Of a stretch of DNA of 64,000 nt, positions 1-10,292 are shown in pieces (the first letter of the stretch is position 1; every line of letters starts with the position of its first letter). The position numbers were made by a program, and so were the translations under genes. The notes below the pieces were generated by a model. It was not told the DNA's origin, searched no databases, and worked only from the letters and a program-made list of their open reading frames with translations. This stretch comes from an uncultured bacterium. Lineage in GTDB: Bacteria > Patescibacteriota > Andersenbacteria > UBA10190 > CAIZMI01. The stretch lies in assembly GCA_903934015.1 (NCBI GenBank), contig CAIZMI010000044.1:5027-69026 (forward strand), read 5' to 3'.

Positions 1-29
1 GAAATCTTTATGAAGGTGGGCAGGGAAGA

Positions 30-428
30 GTGGATCACAGTAAAGAAGAAGAGTTGTCTAATCCGCACGCGATGAAGAGGGCGGAGCGTTTAAGTGGTGG
101 TCTGGATGAGGTGGCACGACGCGCAAAGGATATGCAACTCGATGAAAATCGCATGGAGAGGACATTTGGTAAAATTGGTAGCGCTATTGAAAAAGTTGGT
201 GAGGCCAAGAACTCAAATGTTATGCGACAGCGACAACAAGATTTGCGTCATAAAATGCGCAGTAGTTACGCTAAAATTGAGCAGGAACATGAAAATCGCA
301 TCGAGGAATTGAAAAGAAAAGGAGCGACTGATCGTCGCATTAAGGACGAAGAAAACAAAATGAGGAAGACTCGAGACGATATGAGTTCAATGTATCGTCG
401 TGCCGGTGGGTCGGGAATGCTGAAATAA
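30..428 (+). CDS. hypothetical K/R/E-rich protein, start uncertain (GTG 30 or ATG ~72)
   Basis: ORF track; low-complexity charged product with no recognisable motif. Confidence 0.3.
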   Translation: MDHSKEEELSNPHAMKRAERLSGGLDEVARRAKDMQLDENRMERTFGKIGSAIEKVGEAKNSNVMRQRQQDLRHKMRSSYAKIEQEHENRIEELKRKGATDRRIKDEENKMRKTRDDMSSMYRRAGGSGMLK

Positions 429-508
429 ATAGAAGTTTTAAGAAAATTCGTGTTTTGCCTGGATAAACCCCTTTGACCAAAGGGGCAAAAATTCATACTA
501 TAGATTGC

Positions 509-1885
509 ATGTCTGCTACTTCATTAGATCAAATTATTTCCCTCGCAAAAAGGCGTGGTTTTATTTTTCAATCCTCCGAAATTTATGGCGGTGCCGCAGC
601 AGCCTACGATTACGGACCGTTGGGAGTGGCGTTAAAAAATAACATAAAAGCACATTGGTGGAAAACAATGACGCAAGGTTTTGATAATATCGTCGGGATT
701 GACGCGGCGATAATGATGCACCCCAAGGTTTGGGAAGCCTCCGGCCACGTCAGCAATTTTACCGATCCCTTGGTGGAGTGTCAGCAATGTCACAAGCGTT
801 TTCGCGTTGATCACTTATTGGGTGACGATAAGTATCTTCCAATTAAAGACGATGCGGATGCTGTGTTGACTGCGGTTAATACAAAAGGTTGTTCGGGTTG
901 CGGGATGAAAAATAAGTTTACAACACCGCGCCAGTTTAATTTAATGTTCACCACAAATCTTGGCGCAGTGGAAAATGAGGGAAGCACTGTTTATTTGCGT
1001 CCTGAAACAGCGCAGGGAATTTATGTGAACGCGCAATTGGTTGCCAACGCGATGCGTTTGAAAGTGCCGTTCGGTATTGCGCAAATCGGAAAGGCTTTTC
1101 GCAATGAAGTGACGCCGGGAAACTTTACGTTTCGAACTGTCGAATTTGAACAAATGGAAATGCAGTATTTTGTAAAGCCTGGGGAGGCTGATAAGACTTT
1201 TGAATTTTGGAAAACGGAGCGTTCGAAATGGTACGCGAGTCTTGGTTTTGACGAAAAATTGTTACGTTTTCATGAACATGGTAAGGGCGAACTGGCGCAC
1301 TACGCTAAAGCTGCTTTTGATATTGAATATAAAATGCCATTTGGTTGGAAAGAAATTGAAGGGATTCATAATCGTGGCGATTGGGATCTCAAGCGTCACA
1401 GCGAATTTTCAGGTAAAGATCTATCTTTCTTTGATGAGGAATCCAAAGAAAAGTATTTGCCTTGGATAATTGAAACCTCGGTAGGGGCGGATCGTGTTAC
1501 TTTGGCGGTTCTTAGTAATGCACTCTGTGAAGAAAACAAGGATGGCGAACAGCGTTTGGTGTTACGGTTGCCTAAAGTGTTGGCACCGGTTCAGGTGGCC
1601 ATTTTTCCACTACTTTCTAACAATGATGACCTTGTAAATAAGGCAAGGGAAATTGCCACAACACTGCGGGGGTCATTCCGTGTACAGTTTGATGAGAGTG
1701 GATCAATTGGTAGACGCTATCGTCGCCAAGATGAAATCGGTACCCCGTTCTGTATCACTGTCGATCACGATTCCTTGAATGATCAATCTGTCACAGTTAG
1801 AGAGCGTGATTCGATGGAACAAAAACGCGTATCGATTGCGGAGCTTAACTCTTTTTTTACTGATCAATTTTCAGAAACTCTATGA
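509..1885 (+). CDS. glyQS: glycine--tRNA ligase (alpha2 type)
   Basis: Class II aaRS motifs (GIAQIGKAFRNE...TPGNFTFRT). Length and layout fit GlyRS. Start moved to ATG 509 (MSATSLDQII). Confidence 0.88.
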   Translation: MSATSLDQIISLAKRRGFIFQSSEIYGGAAAAYDYGPLGVALKNNIKAHWWKTMTQGFDNIVGIDAAIMMHPKVWEASGHVSNFTDPLVECQQCHKRFRVDHLLGDDKYLPIKDDADAVLTAVNTKGCSGCGMKNKFTTPRQFNLMFTTNLGAVENEGSTVYLRPETAQGIYVNAQLVANAMRLKVPFGIAQIGKAFRNEVTPGNFTFRTVEFEQMEMQYFVKPGEADKTFEFWKTERSKWYASLGFDEKLLRFHEHGKGELAHYAKAAFDIEYKMPFGWKEIEGIHNRGDWDLKRHSEFSGKDLSFFDEESKEKYLPWIIETSVGADRVTLAVLSNALCEENKDGEQRLVLRLPKVLAPVQVAIFPLLSNNDDLVNKAREIATTLRGSFRVQFDESGSIGRRYRRQDEIGTPFCITVDHDSLNDQSVTVRERDSMEQKRVSIAELNSFFTDQFSETL

Positions 1886-3162
1886 ATCATTCATTATTTG
1901 AAATCCACCGCGCCACTGCGCCATCTGGCTTGCGGCTTTTAGCGTTGCCGATGGGTGGCACCGGCACTGTTACCGTTATGGCTTTTGTGGCCACCGGTTC
2001 CCGGTACGAAGATGCTGAAGAAGCGGGAGTTTCGCATTTTTTAGAGCACTTATTTTTTAAGGGTTCGAAAAAACGACCAACAACATTACAAATCTCAGAA
2101 GCCCTAGATGAAGTGGGTGGAGAGTTTAATGCGTTTACGTCGAAAGAAATGACCGCATTTTATGCCAAGGCATCTGCAAAACATACAAAGTTGTTGTTGG
2201 ATGTTTTGGGTGATATGTTGATCAACCCACTTTTCCAGCAAAAAGAAATCGATCGGGAACGTGGCGTAGTAATAGAAGAAATGAATATGTATGAAGATTC
2301 GCCACAGGATTCTATTGGGGAGCAATTTGAGCTTCAACTGTTTGGTGAACATGATTTGGCGCGAAAAATTATCGGTACGAAAGAAATTATTAGCACAATT
2401 ACCAAGAAACGCATTGTGAAATATCGTAATCAGCAGTACGGCGCGCCAAATATGGTTGTTTGTATTGCGGGAAATATTGAACCAGGGAAAGCTTTGGCAA
2501 TGCTTAAGCGACAATTTAGTGGTTTGCCAAAGCAAGCACCGGTAAAAATCAGAGGATTTGGTGGCGTTTGGGGAACAGATTTGGTTTCACTTAAAGTGAA
2601 AAAGACAGATCAAGCACATGTGATTATTGGTGGACGAGGAACTTCCTTGGTGGATGATGATCGTTGCGCCGTTGATTTGCTAAGTACAATTCTTGGTGGC
2701 AGTATGTCGAGCCGTTTGTTTATTGAGGTGCGCGAGAGACGTGGGTTAGCGTATTCTGTTCACACGTCGGCTGAACATTTTGTTGATACCGGTTATATTG
2801 CGACGCAAATCGGTGTTGATCCGGGTAATGTTGAAAAGGCTTTGTTGGTAATATTGAAAGAATATAAAAAAATTCGTGAAATTCCTATTGTTGCCGGAGA
2901 GCTTAAAAAAGCCAAGGAAAATATTAAGGGGCACCTCTTGATTCGTTTGGAATCAACAAACGCGGTAGCTCAGTTTGTTGGCGGTCAAGAGACACTGACA
3001 GGACGTATTTTGTCTCTGGAGGATGTGTTTAAAAGTTTTGACGCGGTAACACCAGCTGATATTCAACGCGTCGCAAAAAAATATCTCGCGCCGGAATTTT
3101 TGAGAATTGCGGCCATTATGCCGAATGATGTTAAAAATGAATTAACTAAATTACTTATATAA
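1882..3162 (+). CDS. M16 (pitrilysin/insulinase) family zinc peptidase
   Basis: HFLEHLFFKGS inverted zinc motif HxxEH, 426 aa. Overlaps the glyQS stop by 4 nt. Confidence 0.8.
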   Translation: MNHSLFEIHRATAPSGLRLLALPMGGTGTVTVMAFVATGSRYEDAEEAGVSHFLEHLFFKGSKKRPTTLQISEALDEVGGEFNAFTSKEMTAFYAKASAKHTKLLLDVLGDMLINPLFQQKEIDRERGVVIEEMNMYEDSPQDSIGEQFELQLFGEHDLARKIIGTKEIISTITKKRIVKYRNQQYGAPNMVVCIAGNIEPGKALAMLKRQFSGLPKQAPVKIRGFGGVWGTDLVSLKVKKTDQAHVIIGGRGTSLVDDDRCAVDLLSTILGGSMSSRLFIEVRERRGLAYSVHTSAEHFVDTGYIATQIGVDPGNVEKALLVILKEYKKIREIPIVAGELKKAKENIKGHLLIRLESTNAVAQFVGGQETLTGRILSLEDVFKSFDAVTPADIQRVAKKYLAPEFLRIAAIMPNDVKNELTKLLI

Positions 3163-3167
3163 AAAGT

Positions 3168-4214
3168 ATGAGAACGCAGAATTTTATGACGATTGATATT
3201 TCAGCGAAAACGCTTTTTCGTCTGTTATTTTTTATTCTTGCTGTATGGTTTCTTTGGTTTATTCGTGACCTTTTGTTGATTTTATTGGTGGCTGTTTTGA
3301 TTGCTTCGGCATTAGAGCCTCTTGCGATACGTCTTCAGCGTTTTCGAATACCGCGTGCAATTTCCGTTTTGACGGCCTATGCTTTTTTTGTCGGTTTGTT
3401 GATTGTTGCAGTAACAATTCTTGTCCCGCCTTTAATTGCTGAAATTCAGTCGTTAACGGTAAATTTGCCCGTGATATACACGCAATTGGTGTCTATGTTG
3501 GGAAGAGCCGGAGTGGCCTTTGGTGCTTCGGATTTAGTTCCATCGCTCCAAAAAGGGTTATTGGATGTCGGTCAATTTTTAGCGCAAACCTCTAATGGTA
3601 TTTTTGCCACGACAAAAACCGTTTTTGGTAGTCTCTTCTCAATATTGCTTACTTTTGTAATTTCTTTTTACCTAGTTATTTCCAGGGACAGTCTTTATGC
3701 GTTCGTTTGTTCGGTTGTTCCGTTGGAGCATCGTCCCTACACGATAAAAATTATAAAAAAAGCACAGCAGAAAATTGGTCATTGGCTTCTGGCTCAAATT
3801 GTGCTGGGATTGATTATGGGCACGCTTGTCTTTGTGTGTTTGTGGGCATTAGGTGTTCCATATGCTTTGGCGATTGCGTTGCTAGCCTTTTTTGCCGAAT
3901 TTGTTCCAGTCATTGGCCCAACACTCTCTGCTATTCCGGCTGTTCTTCTTGGTTTTACTAACTCTTGGATTGTTGGATTAATCGTCCTAGTTATGTATTT
4001 GATTATTCATCAAATTGAATCAAATTTGCTGGTGCCAAACATTATGCGTCGCGCGGTTGGACTGAACCCTCTTACAACAATTTTGGCGGTAATAATTGGA
4101 GCAAAGCTGGCAGGCGTTATTGGTGTCGTGTTGGCTGTACCGATTGCGACAATTATTTCATTGTTTATTACCGATTTGTTGCCGAACGAGAAGGAAGAAG
4201 AACTACCGGCGTAG
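3168..4214 (+). CDS. AI-2E/PerM (UPF0118) family transporter-like membrane protein
   Basis: About 8 predicted TM helices, 348 aa, typical PerM topology. Confidence 0.6.
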   Translation: MRTQNFMTIDISAKTLFRLLFFILAVWFLWFIRDLLLILLVAVLIASALEPLAIRLQRFRIPRAISVLTAYAFFVGLLIVAVTILVPPLIAEIQSLTVNLPVIYTQLVSMLGRAGVAFGASDLVPSLQKGLLDVGQFLAQTSNGIFATTKTVFGSLFSILLTFVISFYLVISRDSLYAFVCSVVPLEHRPYTIKIIKKAQQKIGHWLLAQIVLGLIMGTLVFVCLWALGVPYALAIALLAFFAEFVPVIGPTLSAIPAVLLGFTNSWIVGLIVLVMYLIIHQIESNLLVPNIMRRAVGLNPLTTILAVIIGAKLAGVIGVVLAVPIATIISLFITDLLPNEKEEELPA

Positions 4215-4221
4215 TGTATTA

Positions 4222-4614
4222 CTAGAGGTTTTCAGTTAGAAATTCTTTAAGACTGTTTAAGTCTTTTTTCTCGCTGTCGTAGTAGTAGCTTTTTATGCCA
4301 GCCACTTGGGCGGTTTTAAAAGCATCTAAGTTGTGTTCAAAGTAAACAACCGCATCCGCGTTTAAGCCTAAATGGTTTAGCAGTGTTTTAAAATATGCTG
4401 GGTCCGTTTTTTCGGGGGTATGCTTTAAAGTGAAAACCTCATAAGGCATTTTATCCAAGCCATAGTAGTTGAATTTATCATAATTAGCATTGGTTAAAAT
4501 AACTTTTTCATTTGGAAAAGAATCCAGTAACTCGTGCATTTGTTGAAAAATATTAAATTTTCCATTTTTTTCGATGATGAAAGTATAAACCGCGTCAACG
4601 AGAATAGTTTTCAT
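4222..4614 (-). CDS. putative HAD-like hydrolase (weak)
   Basis: MKTILVDAVYTF N-terminal motif. Small soluble protein. Start at internal ATG. Confidence 0.3.
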   Translation of the reverse strand: MKTILVDAVYTFIIEKNGKFNIFQQMHELLDSFPNEKVILTNANYDKFNYYGLDKMPYEVFTLKHTPEKTDPAYFKTLLNHLGLNADAVVYFEHNLDAFKTAQVAGIKSYYYDSEKKDLNSLKEFLTENL

Positions 4615-4624
4615 AGATAAAAAA

Positions 4625-5083
4625 TCAATATAAGTAAATTGTTGCAATAGCAATTCCGATTACTATTACCTGACTTATTATTCCTTTCCAAAATAATTCT
4701 GTTTCTCGTTGTATGCCGTCGTGAAATTTTGAAAAGTAGGGAATTCTTATTTTTAGAAAATAGGCGCTAAACGAAATGACGTCCGGAAGTAGTCCTCCCA
4801 CGATGGCGGAAAGAACTGATATGTGCCAAAAATTTGGACCAAGTAATAGGAATGAGGCGAATAATCCGAGGGCAACATCAATCAATGCATAAAGCGCAAT
4901 TGGTTTATGTTTATGCGGATAGAAGTTCCAATGTAAAAAATAATCGCAAATAAAATGCCCAACAAAAGCGATGCCAAAAGAAACCGCCGGGTTGGATATT
5001 TCATTGCCAATCGTCGCGCTCACAATTGTGTGGGATATCGCCATCATGAAAAGATTATACAAGAACTGTGGCAAGAATGGCAT
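4625..5083 (-). CDS. integral membrane protein, unknown function
   Basis: 4-5 hydrophobic helices, His-rich loops. Confidence 0.4.
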   Translation of the reverse strand: MPFLPQFLYNLFMMAISHTIVSATIGNEISNPAVSFGIAFVGHFICDYFLHWNFYPHKHKPIALYALIDVALGLFASFLLLGPNFWHISVLSAIVGGLLPDVISFSAYFLKIRIPYFSKFHDGIQRETELFWKGIISQVIVIGIAIATIYLY

Positions 5084-5123
5084 CTTTCTTGCAATAAGGT
5101 GATTTCCTCTCTAAACTCCTTTC

Positions 5124-6554
5124 ATGGACAGATATTCAATTACAACTCCAATTTACTACGCTAATGGCAAACCCCACATTGGCCACGCCTATACGACCGT
5201 TGCTTCCGATGTTTTAGCGCGCTTGAATAAACAACTAGGTAAAGAGGTTTTCTTTTTAACCGGTACTGACGAACATGGCGCCAAGGTTGCCGATACGGCG
5301 GTATCCGTCGGAAAAGTGCCACAAGATTTTGTTGATGAGATTGCAACTAGTTTTAAAGAGTGCTGGCAGAAATTAGACATTGAATATTCTGATTTTATTC
5401 GTACAACAGATAAACGCCACGAAACAGGTGTTATTTTTGCGCTGAAAAAATTAAAAGAAACAGACGTAATTTATGAAAAAACATATACCGGACTATATTG
5501 CACTGGCTGTGAGGCTTTCGTAACCGAAAAGGATTTGGATGAGCAGGGTTTTGAGCCGTTACATCAGAAGAAGCCGGTTGTGGTTGAGGAGAAAAATTGG
5601 TTCTTTAGCTTGGCCAAATTCCTACCGGAAATTAAACAGGCAATCGAGACGGATCGAATCAAGATTACTCCCGTAGAGCGAAAAAACGAGGTTCTTGGGC
5701 TTTTTCAGCAGGGCTTGGAGGATTTCTCTATCTCCCGGTCGAAAGAGCGTCTGAAGTGGGGAATTGAGTTGCCTTTTGATTCTACTCAAGTTGCCTATGT
5801 TTGGGTGGACGCGCTTCTAAACTATATTACTGCCCTTGGTTATGGGTCTGATAACGATGAGTTATTGAAGAAGTTTTGGCCAGCCGATGTTCAGGTAATG
5901 GCGCAAGACATCCTAAAGTTTCACGCAATATATTGGCCGGCAATTTTATTGGCACTAGGTCAAGAATTGCCAAAATCAATTTCGATCCATGGTTTTTTCA
6001 CAATCAATGGGCAAAAGATGAGTAAGAGCTTGGGTAATGTAATTGACCCGGCGGATTTGGTTTTAGAATACGGTTCTGACGCTACAAGGTTTTTGCTGCT
6101 ATCCGCTTTTCCGTTTGGCAATTCGGGCGATATTGATGTCCAAAATTTCCGTGAAAAATATAATAGCATCGCAAACACATTAGGAAACCTGGTGCGTCGC
6201 GCGTTTAATTTGGCAGAAAAATATGGGGTAGTAATTGAAACCGTTCCACCATTGGATAAAAGTGTTTTCAGTGAATCAAGTGTTGAAAATTTAAGGGTTC
6301 TACAAAATGTGCTTGAAACAGCGCGTGAATTAAATGTCGAACTGGACAAGCAGGCGCCATGGAAAGAGGCTGATGAAACGAAGCGCAATGCGATTGTGAA
6401 AAACTCTTTGGAAAAAATTCTTGCACTTGCGCAAATGCTTGCACCGACAATGCCGTCTATTGCGAAAGCGATCCTTGGGGCAGTTGGCTCTGATGGAAAA
6501 ATTACAAATCCGCCGGTATTGTTTCCGAAACAAGACAAGTTTATAGCTAAATAG
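5124..6554 (+). CDS. metG: methionine--tRNA ligase
   Basis: HIGH motif (PHIGHAYT), KMSKS (KMSKSLGN) and a CxxC zinc knuckle. Confidence 0.9.
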   Translation: MDRYSITTPIYYANGKPHIGHAYTTVASDVLARLNKQLGKEVFFLTGTDEHGAKVADTAVSVGKVPQDFVDEIATSFKECWQKLDIEYSDFIRTTDKRHETGVIFALKKLKETDVIYEKTYTGLYCTGCEAFVTEKDLDEQGFEPLHQKKPVVVEEKNWFFSLAKFLPEIKQAIETDRIKITPVERKNEVLGLFQQGLEDFSISRSKERLKWGIELPFDSTQVAYVWVDALLNYITALGYGSDNDELLKKFWPADVQVMAQDILKFHAIYWPAILLALGQELPKSISIHGFFTINGQKMSKSLGNVIDPADLVLEYGSDATRFLLLSAFPFGNSGDIDVQNFREKYNSIANTLGNLVRRAFNLAEKYGVVIETVPPLDKSVFSESSVENLRVLQNVLETARELNVELDKQAPWKEADETKRNAIVKNSLEKILALAQMLAPTMPSIAKAILGAVGSDGKITNPPVLFPKQDKFIAK

Positions 6555-6698
6555 AGTTTGGGTTTTGTAGCAAAATTTGTAGTAAAGAGGATTAGTAAAA
6601 AATTAAAATTCTGAAGCATGTGTCAGCCTATAAGACTAATATTTTATGGCTAAATAATATGTGTTAATATTTAAGTGACTTAGTATTAACTTATCCAC

Positions 6699-7082
6699 AT
6701 GTCATCATTTGAAAATCCAGTGTCAAGACGTGACGATGAAGATTCCAAAGAGTCTGTTGTTCAATCCGGAGAAATTGTGAAAAGGGTTAAAGAATATCAC
6801 ACATTGTTAAGCGAGTTAAGAGCGGAGGCTGTAAACTTGCACAAAGAAGCAAAAAAAGAAAAACTTCTGGATACCAGTGTAATAACAGGAGACTTGGCAG
6901 AACTGGTTAATGTATATCTTGGGCAGGAAATAAAATGGTGTAATAAAAATGAAGATGAATTAAGTGATGAGTTGCCATCTGAAGAGGAGCTTGACGAGAG
7001 AGTAAAAGAAATTGATAAAATAAGACAAAATTTTTCAATGATAAAACAAGAATACGAAAAGTTGGTTGGAGATTCTTTTTAG
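6699..7082 (+). CDS. hypothetical acidic coiled-coil protein
   Basis: ORF track; E/K-rich product with no domain. Confidence 0.35.
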   Translation: MSSFENPVSRRDDEDSKESVVQSGEIVKRVKEYHTLLSELRAEAVNLHKEAKKEKLLDTSVITGDLAELVNVYLGQEIKWCNKNEDELSDELPSEEELDERVKEIDKIRQNFSMIKQEYEKLVGDSF

Positions 7083-7096
7083 CCTAATATGGTTTT

Positions 7097-7861
7097 TTGA
7101 TCGACGCACACTGTCATCTTGATTTAGAACAATACGACGCTGATCGACCGGAGGTTATTGATCGTGCGAAGCAAGCGGATGTAAATACAATTATTAATCC
7201 CGGCGCTGATTGTTTAGGTTTTGAAAAGCCTGTAAAAATTGCTGAGCAATTTGAAAATGTATATGCGGCGATCGGTGTACATCCGGAAGGAATAAATGAG
7301 ATTACGGAAGGATTTTGGTTGCGTTTTTCGGAATTATTACAGCACCCTAAAGTGGTGGCGATTGGTGAAGTCGGATTAGAAAAAAACGATTGGTTACCAT
7401 CACTGGAAGAACAAATTCCCATTATGCTTCGCTTTATCGATTTGGCATTGGTAAACAATAAGCCGATTATTTTTCACGTGCGCTATGTTCATAAAGAGTT
7501 TCAACAGATAATTCGTGAAAAAAATTTAAAATTCAATGCCGTTATTCATAGTTTTACAGGAACGCTTGAGGAGTCGGAATTCTATTTGGCACAAGGATAT
7601 TATTTAGGAATTGCCGGGATGGTGACGTTTCCAAAAGCGGATGAGTTGCGCGCGGTGGTTAAGGAATTACCGCTTGAACGGTTACTGATTGAAACAGATG
7701 CGCCATTCTTAGCGCCACAAGTGGTGCGGGGAAAGCGTAATGAACCGGCACATGTCGTGGAAATCGCAAAAAAGATTGCGGAAATTAAGGGAATTTCGAT
7801 GGAAGAAGTTTTTCAAACAACAGAAGCAAACACGAGAAAATTATTTGGAATCACTCCATAA
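7097..7861 (+). CDS. tatD: TatD family metal-dependent DNase/hydrolase
   Basis: MIDAHCHLD N-terminus and conserved TatD His/Asp pattern. Confidence 0.85.
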   Translation: MIDAHCHLDLEQYDADRPEVIDRAKQADVNTIINPGADCLGFEKPVKIAEQFENVYAAIGVHPEGINEITEGFWLRFSELLQHPKVVAIGEVGLEKNDWLPSLEEQIPIMLRFIDLALVNNKPIIFHVRYVHKEFQQIIREKNLKFNAVIHSFTGTLEESEFYLAQGYYLGIAGMVTFPKADELRAVVKELPLERLLIETDAPFLAPQVVRGKRNEPAHVVEIAKKIAEIKGISMEEVFQTTEANTRKLFGITP

Positions 7862-7950
7862 TCCCTCCCCACCTCCCTTTGAAAAAAGGGAGGAGTCGAC
7901 GCGAACATTCCCTCCTTTATTCAAAGGAGGGCGAGGGTGGATTTGTCCGG
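7861..7950. repeat. REP-like composite element: copy A (AATCCCTCC-N4-CTCCCTTTGAAAAAAGGGAGGAG) plus inverted variant B (CCCTCCTTTATTCAAAGGAGGG..GGTGGATTT). It fills the whole convergent intergenic gap.
   Basis: Perfect hairpin CTCCCTTT-GAA(A/T)AA-AGGGAG. The same element recurs at 12436-12581 and 33347-33385. Confidence 0.8.
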
Positions 7951-8259
7951 TTATCCCTTGAAATCCTTTAGATCATCTTGTAACTTCGCAATGCCCTCCG
8001 GGCCTTCTTGCATTCGTTTTTCAATTGTTGCCCGAGCGGACGCGGGGAGCATTTCCAGTAATCCCTGCATTAAGTCTTCCGGCAGTACTTCGGCGTGACC
8101 AAGCTCCAGGGCTTTCTTTTCGGCAGCACTTCGCAACTTTCCTTTAACCATACCAATCATCATTTTTGGTCCGGGAAATTGAGCGATTGCTTGCTCCAGC
8201 GCACCTTCTGCTTCCACGCTCCACTTGATGTGTTCTGTTGATTTATTGAGTCCAAACAT
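7951..8259 (-). CDS. small hypothetical protein, PCP_red-like (PF08369-like) domain suspected
   Basis: W..EAE..L..IP..MMIGMVKGKLR..AEKKA.E.G pattern resembles PCP_red. Call is from memory only. Confidence 0.35.
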   Translation of the reverse strand: MFGLNKSTEHIKWSVEAEGALEQAIAQFPGPKMMIGMVKGKLRSAAEKKALELGHAEVLPEDLMQGLLEMLPASARATIEKRMQEGPEGIAKLQDDLKDFKG

Positions 8260-8278
8260 GGGAAAAGGATAGCATAAA

Positions 8279-10027
8279 CTAGATTTTTGTGTACATTTCG
8301 TGACCCGGCAGTTTGTCATGGCGGATTTTGTCGATAGGACTGTTCCAGTGGTGGTCCTCTATGTAGGAGATAAGAAGTTCCTGATTTGGTTCGATTTTTT
8401 CCTCCTCGCATCGACGCTGGAAAAATATCCCGATTCTTTCTCTTGCCTCATTAATTGATAGTGTTTTTGCTTTTATACTGGCGATTAGTATTCCTTCATA
8501 TTCTTCCATTTCCTCCCAAATTTTCAACAAAGCCTCGTCAGGTCGTTTTCGTTCAAGTTCGGCTTCTTCCGCGATAATTGCTTTTTGTTCTTTATCTATT
8601 TCTCGTAAGCCAGGCACAAGAAGTCCGGTTTCGTTTTCTTTCAAAAATTTATAATAACGATCAAGCAAAATTTTACGTTTTTCGCTCGGCTCTTCGCCAT
8701 CATTCGGAAATTCAATGCCATCCAGGTCTGTTAGCAAATCCGCTTCCTCTTCAAACGGCATTCGTGTAAGTTGGTCGGACCAGTCTTCAAGAGGAATCTG
8801 GGCGAGCACCCATCGAAACGTTTCATACCTTTTTTTTAAATTCCGTCTTGCGTAAAGCGCTGCCGGATAGTTCGCTTCTCGACAAGCCTCATATAAGTTC
8901 TCTTTGTAACGCGAATGTAATCTTTCATATGCCGAAGAAGTTACGGATAATCCGGCGATTTTAAAGTAGTCGTACACATCCATTCTTTCGAGAAGTTCGT
9001 TTTTGTAAGAGAAGGGGTCATATGATGTTGTCTTGTAATTGGCCAAAAGTTCGTCTTTTGCACGTCCAAGAGCATAGCTTAATAGGCGATCTTCTAATCG
9101 TGCTCGCTCCGCTTTTTGTTTTTTCTGGTCTTCTGTTGGTTGATCAAGCACTACATCGTCTGAATTAAGAAGTTCTATCTCGGTTATCTTTAGTGCGGGG
9201 GAGTGACTCCAAACCAGACGACGGTGTTCTGCTTCAGGTTTCTTTATTACGGAATTTTTTAAAATTGAGTTTTCAGCGTGGCCTACTTCATGCTTTTTGA
9301 CACTTGAATCTTGATTGGCATTAACGGCGATAAGGGGAAACGCGAGTTTGTCAATTGTTTGATTTGCCTGATGGAACCCTCCAACATTGTCTTTTGGATC
9401 AACGCGTTTATAATCTTCCGCATCGGAAAAATTCATTATCAAGGCCAGGGGGTTGGTTGTATCTAGTGCAATTTTGCCTTTTGGTTTTTCGGGTGTCTTT
9501 GCTAAATATGTAGTAAACAATCTTTGGCCAAGCCAGTGGCTTACATCGATATTTTGTTTTTTCAAGTGTTTGGAGTGAGCGATAAGGAGCTTTACTTGTT
9601 CACTCATTCTTTGATCAATATAATCTTGTGAATGTCCTTTTTCTTTTAACGCTTTTTCGTAGGCGTCTAGACCATCTGCTTGTATAATCCAATCTTCTCG
9701 AATAATTGAATCGCGTGCCCATGTGTTTACCGCTAAAATTTTTTCGCGTGTTTCCAGTAATTTGTCGATAAAAGCATCTACCGCATCGGGATGAACAATC
9801 CTGTCTGATTGTTTTGCGACTTCTAAAAATTCCTCACGCGTAATAGCGGGGTTTTTCATAATTGTATCGACAAAAAGTTGCGCGCACTGGGCGTTGTCAA
9901 ATAAAGCCTCCATACGAAGAAGAGCGGAAGCATCTCTCTTTTCTGCTTTTTCTTCAGCAGTTTCATGTGGCATTTTTCTAACACCTTCGATTTTGTCGTC
10001 GTATTTTGGCGTTCGCTCCATGGACAT
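8279..10027 (-). CDS. large hypothetical protein with HEVGH (HExxH) motif
   Basis: About 580 aa, alpha-rich and charged. Single HExxH. Track start is TTG 10063; internal ATG used. Confidence 0.45.
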   Translation of the reverse strand: MSMERTPKYDDKIEGVRKMPHETAEEKAEKRDASALLRMEALFDNAQCAQLFVDTIMKNPAITREEFLEVAKQSDRIVHPDAVDAFIDKLLETREKILAVNTWARDSIIREDWIIQADGLDAYEKALKEKGHSQDYIDQRMSEQVKLLIAHSKHLKKQNIDVSHWLGQRLFTTYLAKTPEKPKGKIALDTTNPLALIMNFSDAEDYKRVDPKDNVGGFHQANQTIDKLAFPLIAVNANQDSSVKKHEVGHAENSILKNSVIKKPEAEHRRLVWSHSPALKITEIELLNSDDVVLDQPTEDQKKQKAERARLEDRLLSYALGRAKDELLANYKTTSYDPFSYKNELLERMDVYDYFKIAGLSVTSSAYERLHSRYKENLYEACREANYPAALYARRNLKKRYETFRWVLAQIPLEDWSDQLTRMPFEEEADLLTDLDGIEFPNDGEEPSEKRKILLDRYYKFLKENETGLLVPGLREIDKEQKAIIAEEAELERKRPDEALLKIWEEMEEYEGILIASIKAKTLSINEARERIGIFFQRRCEEEKIEPNQELLISYIEDHHWNSPIDKIRHDKLPGHEMYTKI

Positions 10028-10082
10028 GTATAAATTATGACATGTTACAGAAAGGCGCACCAATTTATGGTATCATTAAAAC

Positions 10083-10292
10083 ATGGGTCTTTTCTTCACA
10101 AAACACGCCAAGAAGCGCATGAAACAGCGTGGAGTGGGGAGTAGCGCAACCACTTCGGCTTCGCGCGGTTCTTCGCGTTATCAGGGGCACGGAATATATA
10201 AATCGGAAATTGAACGACGTGGTATAAAATATGTCGTGGTTTACAAACGCGATGGAGCTAAAAAAGTAATAATATCAACATGGCGAAAGTAG
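10083..10292 (+). CDS. DUF4258-like small toxin-like protein (RelE-fold family suspected)
   Basis: FTKHAKKRMKQRGV ... YVVVYKRDGAKKVIISTWRK fits the H-A-x2-R-M-x2-RGI ... VITVY pattern of DUF4258. Confidence 0.4.
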   Translation: MGLFFTKHAKKRMKQRGVGSSATTSASRGSSRYQGHGIYKSEIERRGIKYVVVYKRDGAKKVIISTWRK

